Source: Myxococcota bacterium
GTDB lineage: Bacteria; Myxococcota_A; UBA9160; UBA4427
NCBI GenBank assembly: GCA_041440805.1
Contig: JASDVF010000016.1
Coordinates: forward strand, 7,138 to 71,137
Direction of reading: 5' to 3'
Length of the DNA: 64,000 nt
In this document: one piece after another, positions 26,606 through 36,070 of the stretch
Position numbering within the stretch: position 1 is the first letter of the stretch
Layout: every line of letters begins with the position of its first letter
Program-made: the position numbers and the translations under genes
Notes under the pieces: generated by a model
The model's database searches: none
What the model saw: only the letters and a program-made list of their open reading frames with translations
What the model was told of the DNA's origin: nothing

Positions 26606-29026
26606 CTATCGATAAAGAAACGCGTCCGGTGTCTCTTTCGGCGGTCGCCACCGGGGGAACGCGCCTAGGGTGAAGTCTCCGAGGCTGCCGCGGAAGACGA
26701 GGTCGAAAGGCAGAATCGAATCGCGTCCACGGACGGCGCCGTATCGCTCGCGTAGGCTTCGGTAGACAAAAGAGGATTGCGCTGCGGGCCGACCATCGAA
26801 CTCTTCCGTTAGGCCGAGGCCGGCGCGTTCAAGGAAGAGGTCGCGATTGGCATTTGCTTCTTGTCGCGCATCGGCATCGATCAGGCTGTTGCGCTGGACT
26901 GCCTCTTCGAGTGTCGCTGCTAGCTGCTTAAGCCTCGTCGGCGAAAGTTCGAGGAAGCGTGACGCGGGCTTTTCATCGTCGCTGCCACCTTCGGCGACCA
27001 GCCGAATTTCGAGCATTCGACCGCCGCGGAGGACGATGCCTTCGGGATGAAGCTCGCCATCTTGCAGGTCTTCATTGAGGAGGACTGGATTCAGACCAAG
27101 GCCTGCCTGGCTTGCGACAATCGGGTTTTCAATCAGGAAGCCGCGAGTGATTCGGATGAACTGTGGACTGGCATCCTTCCGTTCTGCGCGTGCTTGTAGT
27201 CCGGCGACTCGTCCGCTCTCCGAGTCAGGGAATTCGCGCGCGACGCTACGCAAGACGGAAGCCCGTTCATCTCGGCGGTCGAGCTGCTCGACGCGCTCGA
27301 CTCTTTGTTCGGCCGTCTTCTCGACTAGCGTGGCTCGCTCTTCTGCTTCGAATTCGGGAATCCAATCGGCCATGCGAAGTGCGCGTCCCCAGCGTTCCTT
27401 GCCGAGCTCGTAGTTGTAGAGCCAATCGATTACCGGGCGTTGGTTTTCACCTTCGGGATAGCGAAGCAGGTAGCGATAGCCGGCGAGGGCCGCGCCGCGA
27501 CGGAAGTCCGGGGTCCCGCCGGTCCAAGGCGAGATGACGGCGCGAAGTGGAGCCATGATTAGCGTGATGGCGATCGCCGGCGTGTCTATGAGGTAGGCGA
27601 GGGGGACGGGTAGGTTCGGATAGCGCGGTCGGCGCACCCATTCACCGGCCACTCGCCATGCTAGCTCGTCTCGCCCCCCTTTTCGTACGAGTCGCTCGAA
27701 GGCCCCGTATGGATTTTGCCAATCATCATCTAGGAGCGTGCGTGAATGACGGACCATCGTGTTTTGGCGTACGCCGGCTCGCGCGCCGCGTGCTAGGCGC
27801 ATGCGTGCGCCCGCCTCGAACCCCGCTTCATGCTGCGCGAGAGCGGCGATGTATTCGATGCGTGCCTCGGCATGTTTGCGGTCGGCTTTGCCGCTCGATT
27901 CGGCCACTTGATAATACGTGTCGATCGGTGTGAGGAGCGATGCCGGGGTGGCGGCGTCCGCGAGTAGCTGGGTGGCAAGGGCGATCTCGGCGTCTTGCAA
28001 TTCGGGCGGCCCAAGGACTGCTTCTAGACTTTCCGCTCGGAGCAGGAAGCGAATCGAGAGCGCATCTTGCGCTGCGCCGCGTGCCTTGTCCGCCTGCCTT
28101 CGAAGTCGGGCATTTTCGTCAGGAGCGCGTTCGAGGATCGCGAGTGCGCGCGCCGCTTGGTAGAGAGCGAGTGCGGGTTCCTGAGCATCGAGCGCTTTGC
28201 CTCCGGCGCGAAGTCGGCGCCGCGCGAGGGTCGAGTCAAGCTTGACTCGGTCCCGGGCGATCTTCTTCTCAAGCTCTGGCGTCGCGACCGTGTCGGGATG
28301 CCGCGCGAGAAAATCGCGTCTTAGGGCGAGCGCTTGTCGATCGGTGCTCGAAAGGGGTTCGGAATTCGAGAACTCGGCGAAATAATGGATCAAGCTATTG
28401 GTGAGCTGGTAGGGCGCGAGCACGAAGCCAGTGATCGCGGAACTCCCAATCGGTTCAACTACGGCATTGAAGGTGCGGGCCCAGAGCCGGTTCCAACCAT
28501 CGAATTGACGTCGGCCTGCTAGGCGAAGTGGGTCATCGCCGATTGTTCGTTCGAGCCGTCCTTCGAGTCGCGGGTCGAGTCCCCGGCGCTTCGAGAGTTT
28601 TAGTGAGCCCTCGCGGTAGGCAACCGGGTCGTCGAGGGTCGTATTGCGAAGATCAATGGCGAGAGGGAGCAGGCTGTCCTGGTCGGGTGCGGGGGGGAGG
28701 GCCGCGAGCGCAGCGAGGGCGCGTGCAACTCTTGGGGCGACTCGCGAACTCTGAGTGTCCAGCTTTTGATCGGTCTCATAGGACGCGTCGACATTGCGGC
28801 GAGGACGGCCGCCCGGGGAGCTCGCTTTTACGGGATCTGCGATCAGCGCCGCCCGTGCGAGCCGCGCTGCTGCGAGATCTGTCGCACTCGGCAACCAGGG
28901 TCGGCGGGTCGCGAGAGGCTCGAGCAAATCCTCGCGTACGATCGTCGGTGCCTTCGCGCAGCCGAACCCCGTCGCGACTAGCAGCAGCAGCGCCGCGCCA
29001 AGCCTAACGATCAAATCGATCCGCAT
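26606..29026 (-). CDS. Large hypothetical secreted protein/lipoprotein (806 aa) with no recognisable domain
   Basis: N-terminal signal peptide ending in GFGC. Helical, Arg/Ala/Leu-rich sequence with one internal hydrophobic segment (AYLIDTPAIAITLIMAPL). Its start overlaps the upstream gene by 23 nt. Confidence 0.6.
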   Translation of the reverse strand: MRIDLIVRLGAALLLLVATGFGCAKAPTIVREDLLEPLATRRPWLPSATDLAAARLARAALIADPVKASSPGGRPRRNVDASYETDQKLDTQSSRVAPRVARALAALAALPPAPDQDSLLPLAIDLRNTTLDDPVAYREGSLKLSKRRGLDPRLEGRLERTIGDDPLRLAGRRQFDGWNRLWARTFNAVVEPIGSSAITGFVLAPYQLTNSLIHYFAEFSNSEPLSSTDRQALALRRDFLARHPDTVATPELEKKIARDRVKLDSTLARRRLRAGGKALDAQEPALALYQAARALAILERAPDENARLRRQADKARGAAQDALSIRFLLRAESLEAVLGPPELQDAEIALATQLLADAATPASLLTPIDTYYQVAESSGKADRKHAEARIEYIAALAQHEAGFEAGARMRLARGARAGVRQNTMVRHSRTLLDDDWQNPYGAFERLVRKGGRDELAWRVAGEWVRRPRYPNLPVPLAYLIDTPAIAITLIMAPLRAVISPWTGGTPDFRRGAALAGYRYLLRYPEGENQRPVIDWLYNYELGKERWGRALRMADWIPEFEAEERATLVEKTAEQRVERVEQLDRRDERASVLRSVAREFPDSESGRVAGLQARAERKDASPQFIRITRGFLIENPIVASQAGLGLNPVLLNEDLQDGELHPEGIVLRGGRMLEIRLVAEGGSDDEKPASRFLELSPTRLKQLAATLEEAVQRNSLIDADARQEANANRDLFLERAGLGLTEEFDGRPAAQSSFVYRSLRERYGAVRGRDSILPFDLVFRGSLGDFTLGAFPRWRPPKETPDAFLYR

Positions 29027-29999
29027 CGATTCCGAGGGTCAAAGCGAGGAAGGCTTCGAGTTTGCGAGTTGCTTCGAGTTTCTCCGGGCGACCGTCGTGG
29101 CTCCCGACGAGCTCGTAGAGTTGGATTGAGGCGTCGGATAACTCAGAGAAGCGGGCTGGATCAAAGGCTAGGCTCGCGGGCGGAACGGCTTCTGTGTATT
29201 CGCGGGCGAGCTGTGCGTAGAAATCAGCAAGGGCCAGCAGATGTCGCAAACGATTTTTGCTTGCGCCGTGTCTCGTCGCGACCCTCTGCAATTCTTGCAG
29301 CGCGAGCAGGGTTCCGTCCGGCAAGATAAAGCGCATGCCGCGGAAATACCGCGCGCGGATCATGTCGGCCCGTTCGATTTCTTCTTGAGCGAGATAGCGG
29401 TAGTGCGAATCACTGAGTTCGCTTTCGATGATGGAGAGCTGTGTCGTTCTCTCATCGAGTTCGAAGCGGACGCGATCGACATCTGTTGTAAATAGAGGGG
29501 CGCCAACTTCGGCGAGAGGATCGGTGAGTTCGAGTCCGATCCGCACGGCGGCGGCGAAGCGTTCGCATAGCGCCGCGCTCTCAAGCGCTGTTGGACGCAG
29601 CTCCTGGGAAATACGGGCGCTCTCTCGGTAGTGCTGTGCCGCAAGGTCATAGGCGCGGAGGCGTTCGAGCGCGCGGGCCTTTGTGAAGAGCAGAACGGGA
29701 TCCATGTAGCCGCTGCGCAGGGCATCGGCTTCGGCGCGCTCTAGGCTTTCCAAGCGAAGCAGTGATGCGCGGTAAACGTTGCGCCCGCTGAAATCGGTCG
29801 CGGTCGGAAAGCGGTAGGTGTCGTCGGGTACGTGGCGGCGCAAGACAGCGACGGTTTCGAGGATGCCTTCGCTTGGGCCGTAGAGCGCCTCTTCCTGTTT
29901 AGAGGAAAAGGTCTGACAGCCCGTGACGGCGAGAAGGGCCAAAGTCGCGAGCAGGACATATGGCCGAAAAGATATCCCTGGCCGAGTTCTGCTCCTCAA
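29004..29999 (-). CDS. Hypothetical lipoprotein (331 aa) with no recognisable domain
   Basis: Signal peptide plus canonical lipobox LLAVTGC. ATGA overlap with the upstream leuA/cimA-family gene. Confidence 0.6.
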   Translation of the reverse strand: MRSRTRPGISFRPYVLLATLALLAVTGCQTFSSKQEEALYGPSEGILETVAVLRRHVPDDTYRFPTATDFSGRNVYRASLLRLESLERAEADALRSGYMDPVLLFTKARALERLRAYDLAAQHYRESARISQELRPTALESAALCERFAAAVRIGLELTDPLAEVGAPLFTTDVDRVRFELDERTTQLSIIESELSDSHYRYLAQEEIERADMIRARYFRGMRFILPDGTLLALQELQRVATRHGASKNRLRHLLALADFYAQLAREYTEAVPPASLAFDPARFSELSDASIQLYELVGSHDGRPEKLEATRKLEAFLALTLGIDADRFDR

Positions 30000-31717
30000 T
30001 CGCTCGCTCGCTTTTTTGTCTCGGTGCCGCGCCGACGGGGCGTGCGGCTCGCGCCTCGCGGCGTGTTTTTGGCGTTGCCACGGGCTCGACCATCGCGTCG
30101 TCGGGTGATAACGGCGTTCAGCATTTTCTCAGTAGCAATAATGGCCGCACCTAGCTGATCCGGATCGACGCCGAGCGTCGAGAAAGTCTCGCCCAGCTTT
30201 TGCCGATTCGACTCGCTCGACTTCTCGAAGACCCAGGTGATCGTTGTTTCAACGAGCGCGCCAGTGCGGCCACCCGGCGGAATGCGTACGCGGTAGTCGG
30301 CGAGAACGGGCACTTCGATCGAGAGTTGTTTGGCGGCTTTCTTAAGCGCATTCATGAACGCGTCGTAGCCGCCGTCTCCGCTGGCCTCAGCCTTCTCAAC
30401 GATGCCCTTATAGGCGAGTGCGACTTTCGCCTGCGGTTCTTGGCCCGAGGCGACGTCGACGTGGTAGCTCTCGACCTTCACGAGCTGGTCTTCAGGTGTC
30501 TTAAGGACGTCCGTGAGCACGTAGGGCAGGTCGTCGGGAGTGACGATTCTCTTTTTGTCGCCGAGCTCGACGATTCGGGCGAGCACGAGGTCGCGGTCGT
30601 TGTCGGAAAGTGCGATGCCCAGGTTGGCGAGGTTGTGATCGAGCGAGGCCTTGCCCGAAAGCTTGCCCAGTGCATAACGTCGTGCGCCGCCGAATCGCGC
30701 GGGGGCGAGGTCGGTTCCGTAGAGGCCGCCCTTGGCATCGCCATCGGCGTGAATACCAGCGGTCTGGGTATAGACGTCGCGGCCGACGATGGGTGTGTTG
30801 GCCGAAAGTTCTTTGCCGGAAAATGTTTCGACCATATTGGAAAGCGCAGTCAGGCGATCCTCGCGAATCGCCGTCCGGGCGTCGCTGTGGTCGTGGATCG
30901 CGGCGACGATCTCCGCCAGGGAGGTGTTGCCCGCTCTTTCGCCCATGCCGTTCACACTCGTGTGGACACCGCGTGCGCCAGCTTGGATCGCTGCCAAGCA
31001 ATTCGATGTGGCCAACCCGTAGTCATTATGGCCGTGGTACTCGAAATCGACGGCTGGCCAAGTCGCCGCCATGAGTCCGACGTAGCGCGTGACGTCGGCG
31101 GGAGCGAAGACGCCGAGGGTGTCCGCGAGATAGATGCGCGCGACGCGTAGCTCGCGCAGGGCCTGAACCATGGCGAAGACATAGTCGAAGGAATCGCGGA
31201 CACCCCGGGACCAGTCTTCGAGATAGACGTTAACGGTTAGCCGCTTGCGCCGCGCGTAGCGGATCGTTTCCGAGATCTTGGTGCGGTGTTGTTCGGGCGT
31301 GAGGCCGAGTTGCTCGACGCAGTGGCGCTCGGAGCCCTTGGTCAACAGGTTGAGGACCTTGCCGCCGGCATCGCAGATCCAGTCGACGGATTTTTTGCCA
31401 TCCGTGTAGCCGAGCATTTCGATGCGCTGGATTTGACGTTCTTTACGGGCCCACTTTGTGATCGCCTGGGCAGCGTCGCGTTCTCCCTCGGAGACTCGCG
31501 TCGAAGCCATCTCGATCCGGTCGACCTCGCAGTCGACCAGAAGCATGCGAGCCAGCTGAAGTTTTTCGGCGGGTGTGTAGGAGACGTTCGGCGTCTGCTC
31601 GCCGTCGCGAAGGGTCGTGTCCATGATCGCGATATGGCGAGCGCCCGCTTTTGCGCCTCCGGTATCAGCGGAAGCACTGCGAGAACGAGTCGAGCTGGAT
31701 CGGGAGACGGCGGTCAT
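29996..31717 (-). CDS. 2-isopropylmalate synthase / (R)-citramalate synthase family enzyme (LeuA/CimA) with a basic C-terminal tail
   Basis: DTTLRDGEQ motif, HxH motif (FEYHGHNDYGLATSN), and a LeuA-dimer-type C-terminal regulatory domain. The final roughly 35 aa are Arg/Lys-rich. Confidence 0.85.
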   Translation of the reverse strand: MTAVSRSSSTRSRSASADTGGAKAGARHIAIMDTTLRDGEQTPNVSYTPAEKLQLARMLLVDCEVDRIEMASTRVSEGERDAAQAITKWARKERQIQRIEMLGYTDGKKSVDWICDAGGKVLNLLTKGSERHCVEQLGLTPEQHRTKISETIRYARRKRLTVNVYLEDWSRGVRDSFDYVFAMVQALRELRVARIYLADTLGVFAPADVTRYVGLMAATWPAVDFEYHGHNDYGLATSNCLAAIQAGARGVHTSVNGMGERAGNTSLAEIVAAIHDHSDARTAIREDRLTALSNMVETFSGKELSANTPIVGRDVYTQTAGIHADGDAKGGLYGTDLAPARFGGARRYALGKLSGKASLDHNLANLGIALSDNDRDLVLARIVELGDKKRIVTPDDLPYVLTDVLKTPEDQLVKVESYHVDVASGQEPQAKVALAYKGIVEKAEASGDGGYDAFMNALKKAAKQLSIEVPVLADYRVRIPPGGRTGALVETTITWVFEKSSESNRQKLGETFSTLGVDPDQLGAAIIATEKMLNAVITRRRDGRARGNAKNTPRGASRTPRRRGTETKKRASD

Positions 31718-31970
31718 CGGGTTTGGGGTACTCGTCGCCGCAAAGCTCGAAGAGCGCGGCGCTGGGCGGGGGGTGGCTTGGCGCGGATCCGGAAAGGAGA
31801 AGTCCAGGCGCGGGAAGGTGGTGAGGCGGGAGAGTACCCCGGGGCCCCTTTCGCCGCGAGGCGCTAGAACGCGCTCGGGGGCTGATTTCCGACGGGTAGG
31901 GCCGCGAGCCTGCTAAGGTCGGCGGCTTCGCGACCGCGCCGAGACTCCCCCACCTTCGGGGCACTGTACC

Positions 31971-32921
31971 GTGGCCGTAGGGAGGACTCGCGTGAATTCG
32001 ACCGACGTCGACGTCATAGCCGAGCATGCGACACAGCGGCTCGATCGATATTTGGCCGACCAACTCGGCATTTCACGGGCCCGAGTGCGTCATTTGCTCG
32101 AAGTCGGCCGCGTGCAGCTCGGCGATCGTGCCCTGGAGCTTGGGGATAAGTCGCATTCGGTCGCGGTTGGCGAGCGCTTCTCCGTCGCGGGTGCAGTCCG
32201 CGCCGAGGACGAACTTCCGGTTGCCCGCGCAGACCGACCGATCGAAATCGCCGGGGAAGGCCCGGGCTGGATCGTCGTCAACAAGCCCGCGGGATGGGGC
32301 GTGCATCCGCTTCGACCGGATCAGGAGGAGACGGTCCTGAATTCGGTGCTGGCGCTTCGGCCCGAGATTCTTGGGGTCGGCGAGGGCGGTCTGCGTTCCG
32401 GCGTCGTCCATCGTCTCGATGTTGACACGACCGGTGCGCTCATTCTCGCGACCGATGATGAAGCTTGGCAGCGGCTGCGCGGCGGGTTCAGCGCTCATCT
32501 GGTCGAGAAGCGGTATCACGCTCTGGTCGCCGGACATCTTCCGCGCGAGCGACGCGTCGACATGGACCTCGAAGTCTCACGGCACCAGCCGGCACATGTC
32601 ATCGTGCGCCGCGGCGCCAAGGCCTGCGGTCAGCACGTTCGACCGCTGCATCACTTCGGATCCGCAACGTTGATCGAAGTGCGACTCGAAACGGGTTTCC
32701 TTCATCAGATCCGCGCCACGATGGCCCATCTCGGCCATCCGGTTCTAGGCGATCTTGAATATTGGCCGACCGGCGAAGAGGATTCGATCGATCCACCGAT
32801 CGAAGTCTCGCGTCAGATGCTTCATGCGCGAAACCTCATCTTCGATGATGTCGATGTCGAGATCGAAGTGCCCGCCGACTTTGCGGCCGCGGTTGCGGAG
32901 CTTGAAGCGAGCCTCGAGTAG
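31971..32921 (+). CDS. rluD: RluA-family 23S rRNA pseudouridine synthase (RluD-like)
   Basis: N-terminal S4 domain (RLDRYLADQLGISRARVRHLL), catalytic HRLDVDTTGALILA, and HQIRATMAHLGHPVLGD. Confidence 0.85.
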   Translation: MAVGRTRVNSTDVDVIAEHATQRLDRYLADQLGISRARVRHLLEVGRVQLGDRALELGDKSHSVAVGERFSVAGAVRAEDELPVARADRPIEIAGEGPGWIVVNKPAGWGVHPLRPDQEETVLNSVLALRPEILGVGEGGLRSGVVHRLDVDTTGALILATDDEAWQRLRGGFSAHLVEKRYHALVAGHLPRERRVDMDLEVSRHQPAHVIVRRGAKACGQHVRPLHHFGSATLIEVRLETGFLHQIRATMAHLGHPVLGDLEYWPTGEEDSIDPPIEVSRQMLHARNLIFDDVDVEIEVPADFAAAVAELEASLE

Positions 32922-32986
32922 CGGGCGCTCTGGCGGGGCTTCGAAATGCCAGCTAAGCGCGTTTTCTGCCGGGCCTCGTAGATGTG

Positions 32987-33679
32987 TTATGTACGCGGGA
33001 GTACGTCGACACTCCCCATCGGTCCAGCGAGCGCCTCGAGGGTCCTTCCGTACATGCCTTTCTTGAGACCTCCCATGGCGGGGTCGGCCTTGGACGAGAG
33101 CGCTTCTGCGATTTCGATGGCCTTCGAAAGAACCTCGTCTTCTGGCACTGCGTGGTCGACGATCTGTTTTGCGAGAGCGGCCTCGGCTCCGTAGCGGGTG
33201 CCTGTGACGATGAGTTCATGAGCCGTCTGGTGCGAGACGCGGGCCTGGATGATTGCGGTCATGCCGGGATGAAGAGGGGCCTTCATGTCGATTTCGGGCA
33301 TACACCAATAGCCCCGGTCCGAACGCATAACACGAAAGTCGTGCGCGAGAGAAATCTGTGCACCTGCGCCGAAGGCGTGGCCATTAATCGCTGCGACGGT
33401 GATCGTCGGGAACGTTAGGACGCGCGCCATTAGTCCGAGGACTTTTGGAATGTATCCGTCCCGTACTTCAGGATCGGTCTGCGCGAACATCCATTCGAGA
33501 TCGAGACCGTTTGAGTAGAACTTCCCTGTCCCGGTCGTGACGAGCGATGCAGGATTCCCCGCCCCTTCGACTTCATCAAGAGCGGCATGCCACGCCTCGA
33601 TATTGTCGGGTCGAAATCGATTCTCCGGTGCATCGAAGCGAAGAACGAAGACTGCGCCCTCGCGAGATAGATCAATCAT
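32987..33679 (-). CDS. Enoyl-CoA hydratase/isomerase (crotonase) family protein
   Basis: Crotonase fold pattern: LVTTGTGKFYSNGLDL, TVAAINGHAFGAGAQISLAHDFRVM. Confidence 0.8.
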   Translation of the reverse strand: MIDLSREGAVFVLRFDAPENRFRPDNIEAWHAALDEVEGAGNPASLVTTGTGKFYSNGLDLEWMFAQTDPEVRDGYIPKVLGLMARVLTFPTITVAAINGHAFGAGAQISLAHDFRVMRSDRGYWCMPEIDMKAPLHPGMTAIIQARVSHQTAHELIVTGTRYGAEAALAKQIVDHAVPEDEVLSKAIEIAEALSSKADPAMGGLKKGMYGRTLEALAGPMGSVDVLPRT

Positions 33680-33807
33680 GAATGCTCCAGGGCAGTTCTA
33701 GAATTGGTGGTTAGAAGGGTTGAGTCAGAATGTTTGAGGTAGAGGTGTGCTGAAAAGTGTGCTGATTAAGGCTCGGTGCCCTAGCGCCGCTCGCGCGAAA
33801 GCAGCGC

Positions 33808-34170
33808 CTAGCTTCCCTTACGCATCTGCAGGCCCATCGCTTTGGCCTTCGCATCTTCGGCCTCAGTGATCTCGCCCTTCTGCATCAGGATTCGCGACAG
33901 GTTCGTCTGCGACAGCGCGTCATCGGGTTCGAGTTCGACGAGCTTCTCCGCCGCCTCGACGGCGGCTTCGAGGTCACCCTGCTTGGCGAGCGCGATAGAG
34001 AGCCCGTTCCAGGCAATCGCGAGGGTGGGATCCATCTCGATTGCTTGGCGATAGACGTCGATCGCGCCAGCGGTATCGCCTTTTGCGAATAGGCCGAAGC
34101 CCTCTTTGTAGATGGACTTAGCGTCGCCTTCTTTTGCTGCGGAATTTTCGTTCTGATCGGACTGAGTCAT
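33808..34170 (-). CDS. Small TPR-repeat protein
   Basis: GGAGA Shine-Dalgarno sequence 8 nt before the ATG at 34170. About three TPR units (GDTAGAIDVYRQAIEMDPTLAIAWNGLSIALAKQGDLEAAVEAAEKLVELEPDDA). Confidence 0.7.
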   Translation of the reverse strand: MTQSDQNENSAAKEGDAKSIYKEGFGLFAKGDTAGAIDVYRQAIEMDPTLAIAWNGLSIALAKQGDLEAAVEAAEKLVELEPDDALSQTNLSRILMQKGEITEAEDAKAKAMGLQMRKGS

Positions 34171-34557
34171 GGCAGTTATCTCCTGGGGGCGCGAGTATAC
34201 CGCCCCGAAATGGAGATCCGGACACTCGTTGCTCAAGAAAGGATGATCGTGGCCAGCCTACTCGATGGCTGGCAGCTCGCCGAAGGCTGGACGGCAGGCG
34301 ATCGCTTTCGTCAGCAGGTCGAGCACGACCCCACTTGGCGCGACGAGAATGTTTTCGTGGCTGCCCTTGAGGGCCGGATCATGGCATGGCTGGGGCGGTC
34401 AGCAGACGATTCTTCGGCTAGATCCTGATGGCTCGCCTCGTGGTGCTGTAGAGGAAGCGACAGAGATCGAGCTGATGTCGATCGGAGCTGGTAATGAGCG
34501 CGCAGCTTCGGTCATTCGCGGTTTTGCCGACCTTCGATGATTTGACCTGAGGAAAGT

Positions 34558-34908
34558 ATGAGCGAGAGAACTCGTCTGGAGCGTGAACACGCGATGCTCG
34601 AACGCATCGAAGTGCGCGTCAGTCCGATTCATGGAAAGGGTGTCTTCGCGCGTCGTAGACTGCGTGCAGGGCAGCTCATCGGGCGCTTCGAGGGCGATAC
34701 GACGACGAATAACGGCACCTATGTGCTGTGGCTTATTGATGAAGACGGCGGCGAAGTTGGAATTCGCGGGCGAAACGCTTTGCGGTTCTTGAATCACGGG
34801 GATCCCGAGAATGCGGAGTTTGAAGACGCGAACTTGTTCGCGATCGCGAATATTCAGCCGGGTGTCGAAGTCATGATTGATTACGGCGAAGCATGGGGAG
34901 CCGATTGA
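34558..34908 (+). CDS. SET-domain protein (putative protein-lysine methyltransferase)
   Basis: SPIHGKGVFARRRLRAGQLIGRFEG ... RFLNHGDPENAEF ... IQPGVEVMIDYG follows the SET signature (GxG, NH, ELxxDY-like). Confidence 0.75.
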   Translation: MSERTRLEREHAMLERIEVRVSPIHGKGVFARRRLRAGQLIGRFEGDTTTNNGTYVLWLIDEDGGEVGIRGRNALRFLNHGDPENAEFEDANLFAIANIQPGVEVMIDYGEAWGAD

Positions 34909-35024
34909 CGGTCGGCCGAAATTTTTGTGGCATTGGAACGTGACGCCGAATTCGGTGACGCGCAGCCACTTTGAAAACACCTCGCGACCGCGCGAGGCCA
35001 ACGCGGGACTAAGGAGCATGATCG

Positions 35025-35531
35025 ATGACTAGGAATGCGGATCGAACAGGAAAAACTGGACAGCGAATCTTCTTTGGAACCATTTTGTTAGGCGTTTCAT
35101 TGTTGGCTGTCGGCTGTGGTGGCAAGACGCCTGATGATCTTGGTGCGAAGGGTGCGACCCTCGGCGGCTGCCCGTCTTCCCCTAATTGTGTTTCGAGTGC
35201 AGCGGATGACGAGGGGCATGCGATCGCAGCTCTCGCGATCGATGGCCCACAAGAGGCGGCTTGGGCAGCGCTTCGTGAGGTCGTTTCGGGGGGCGAGCGC
35301 GTCTCCGTCGAGACGGATTCCGAGGGCTATCTCTATGCCGTCTACACATCGAAGCTGATGGGATACAACGACGACGTCGAGTTTTTGGCGAATTCAGCCA
35401 GTCGCCAAATCGAAGTGCGTTCCGCTTCGCGAGTTGGGTACGGAGACGGCGGCGTGAACCGCGACCGGATCGAAGCCGTCCGTAGCGCTCTCGTGAGTCG
35501 AGGCGTCGTTCGGTCCGGATCCGACGACTAA
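35025..35531 (+). CDS. DUF1499 family lipoprotein
   Basis: Signal peptide plus AVGC lipobox. The CPSSPNCVSS motif is characteristic of DUF1499. Confidence 0.7.
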   Translation: MTRNADRTGKTGQRIFFGTILLGVSLLAVGCGGKTPDDLGAKGATLGGCPSSPNCVSSAADDEGHAIAALAIDGPQEAAWAALREVVSGGERVSVETDSEGYLYAVYTSKLMGYNDDVEFLANSASRQIEVRSASRVGYGDGGVNRDRIEAVRSALVSRGVVRSGSDD

Positions 35532-36070
35532 CGAGCCCGTCGTAAGAGAATCATGGTTGCCCCGCGTCCGCCCAATCGGTCGGGCGCCGGGGCAAAGGCG
35601 AGCACGCTCCTCGAAACGGCGCCACGCGAGAGCCAGTCCGGGAGCGCGTCGCGCAAGATCGCTTCGCCGGTCGCAGAATTCTGGCCGCGCCCATGAATGA
35701 CGACGAGAGACCGCTTTCCTTGCGCTCGCGCACTTTCGATTCGCTTGGCGATGAGCCGTTCGGCCTGATCTCGCCTCGTCCCGTGGAGATCGATTCGTTC
35801 CTCGGGTTCCGGATCTCCTCGTCCGAGGGCTAGGAGCTGCTCGTCACTTACGCCCGCAGCCGCTGCACGAAGTCGCTCGGTTGGATCGGGCCATCGGAAT
35901 GCAGCCGCCTTCGAGCCAGCAGCCGCTCTGGGTTTCGTGGTCTTCCCCTGAGTCGTTGCGCGAATCTTCTTCGGTCCGCGATCAATGGGGCGCGTGTCGT
36001 CGGTAACGAGGTCGGCGAAGCTGCCGCCCTTCTGGTCCTCTCCGTCGCTTCCCTTCCCGCCGGTGCTCAT
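35528..36070 (-). CDS. Smr-domain protein (MutS2-type small endonuclease domain) with a disordered N-terminus
   Basis: IDLHGTRRDQAERLI...LVVIHGRGQNS...LRDALPDWL is the Smr signature. The start ATG at 36070 forms an ATGA overlap with the mutY stop. Confidence 0.75.
   Translation of the reverse strand: MSTGGKGSDGEDQKGGSFADLVTDDTRPIDRGPKKIRATTQGKTTKPRAAAGSKAAAFRWPDPTERLRAAAAGVSDEQLLALGRGDPEPEERIDLHGTRRDQAERLIAKRIESARAQGKRSLVVIHGRGQNSATGEAILRDALPDWLSRGAVSRSVLAFAPAPDRLGGRGATMILLRRAR

Noticed and set aside
34210-34540. Two overlapping ORFs (34210-34428 and 34265-34540) whose combined translation looks faintly like a GNAT acetyltransferase N-terminus (EIRTL...VFVAALEGRIMAWLG).
   Set aside because: They are too short for a GNAT even when joined (about 110 aa). 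They lack an acetyl-CoA binding motif (Q/RxxGxG/A) and a convincing Shine-Dalgarno sequence. At best this is a decayed remnant.
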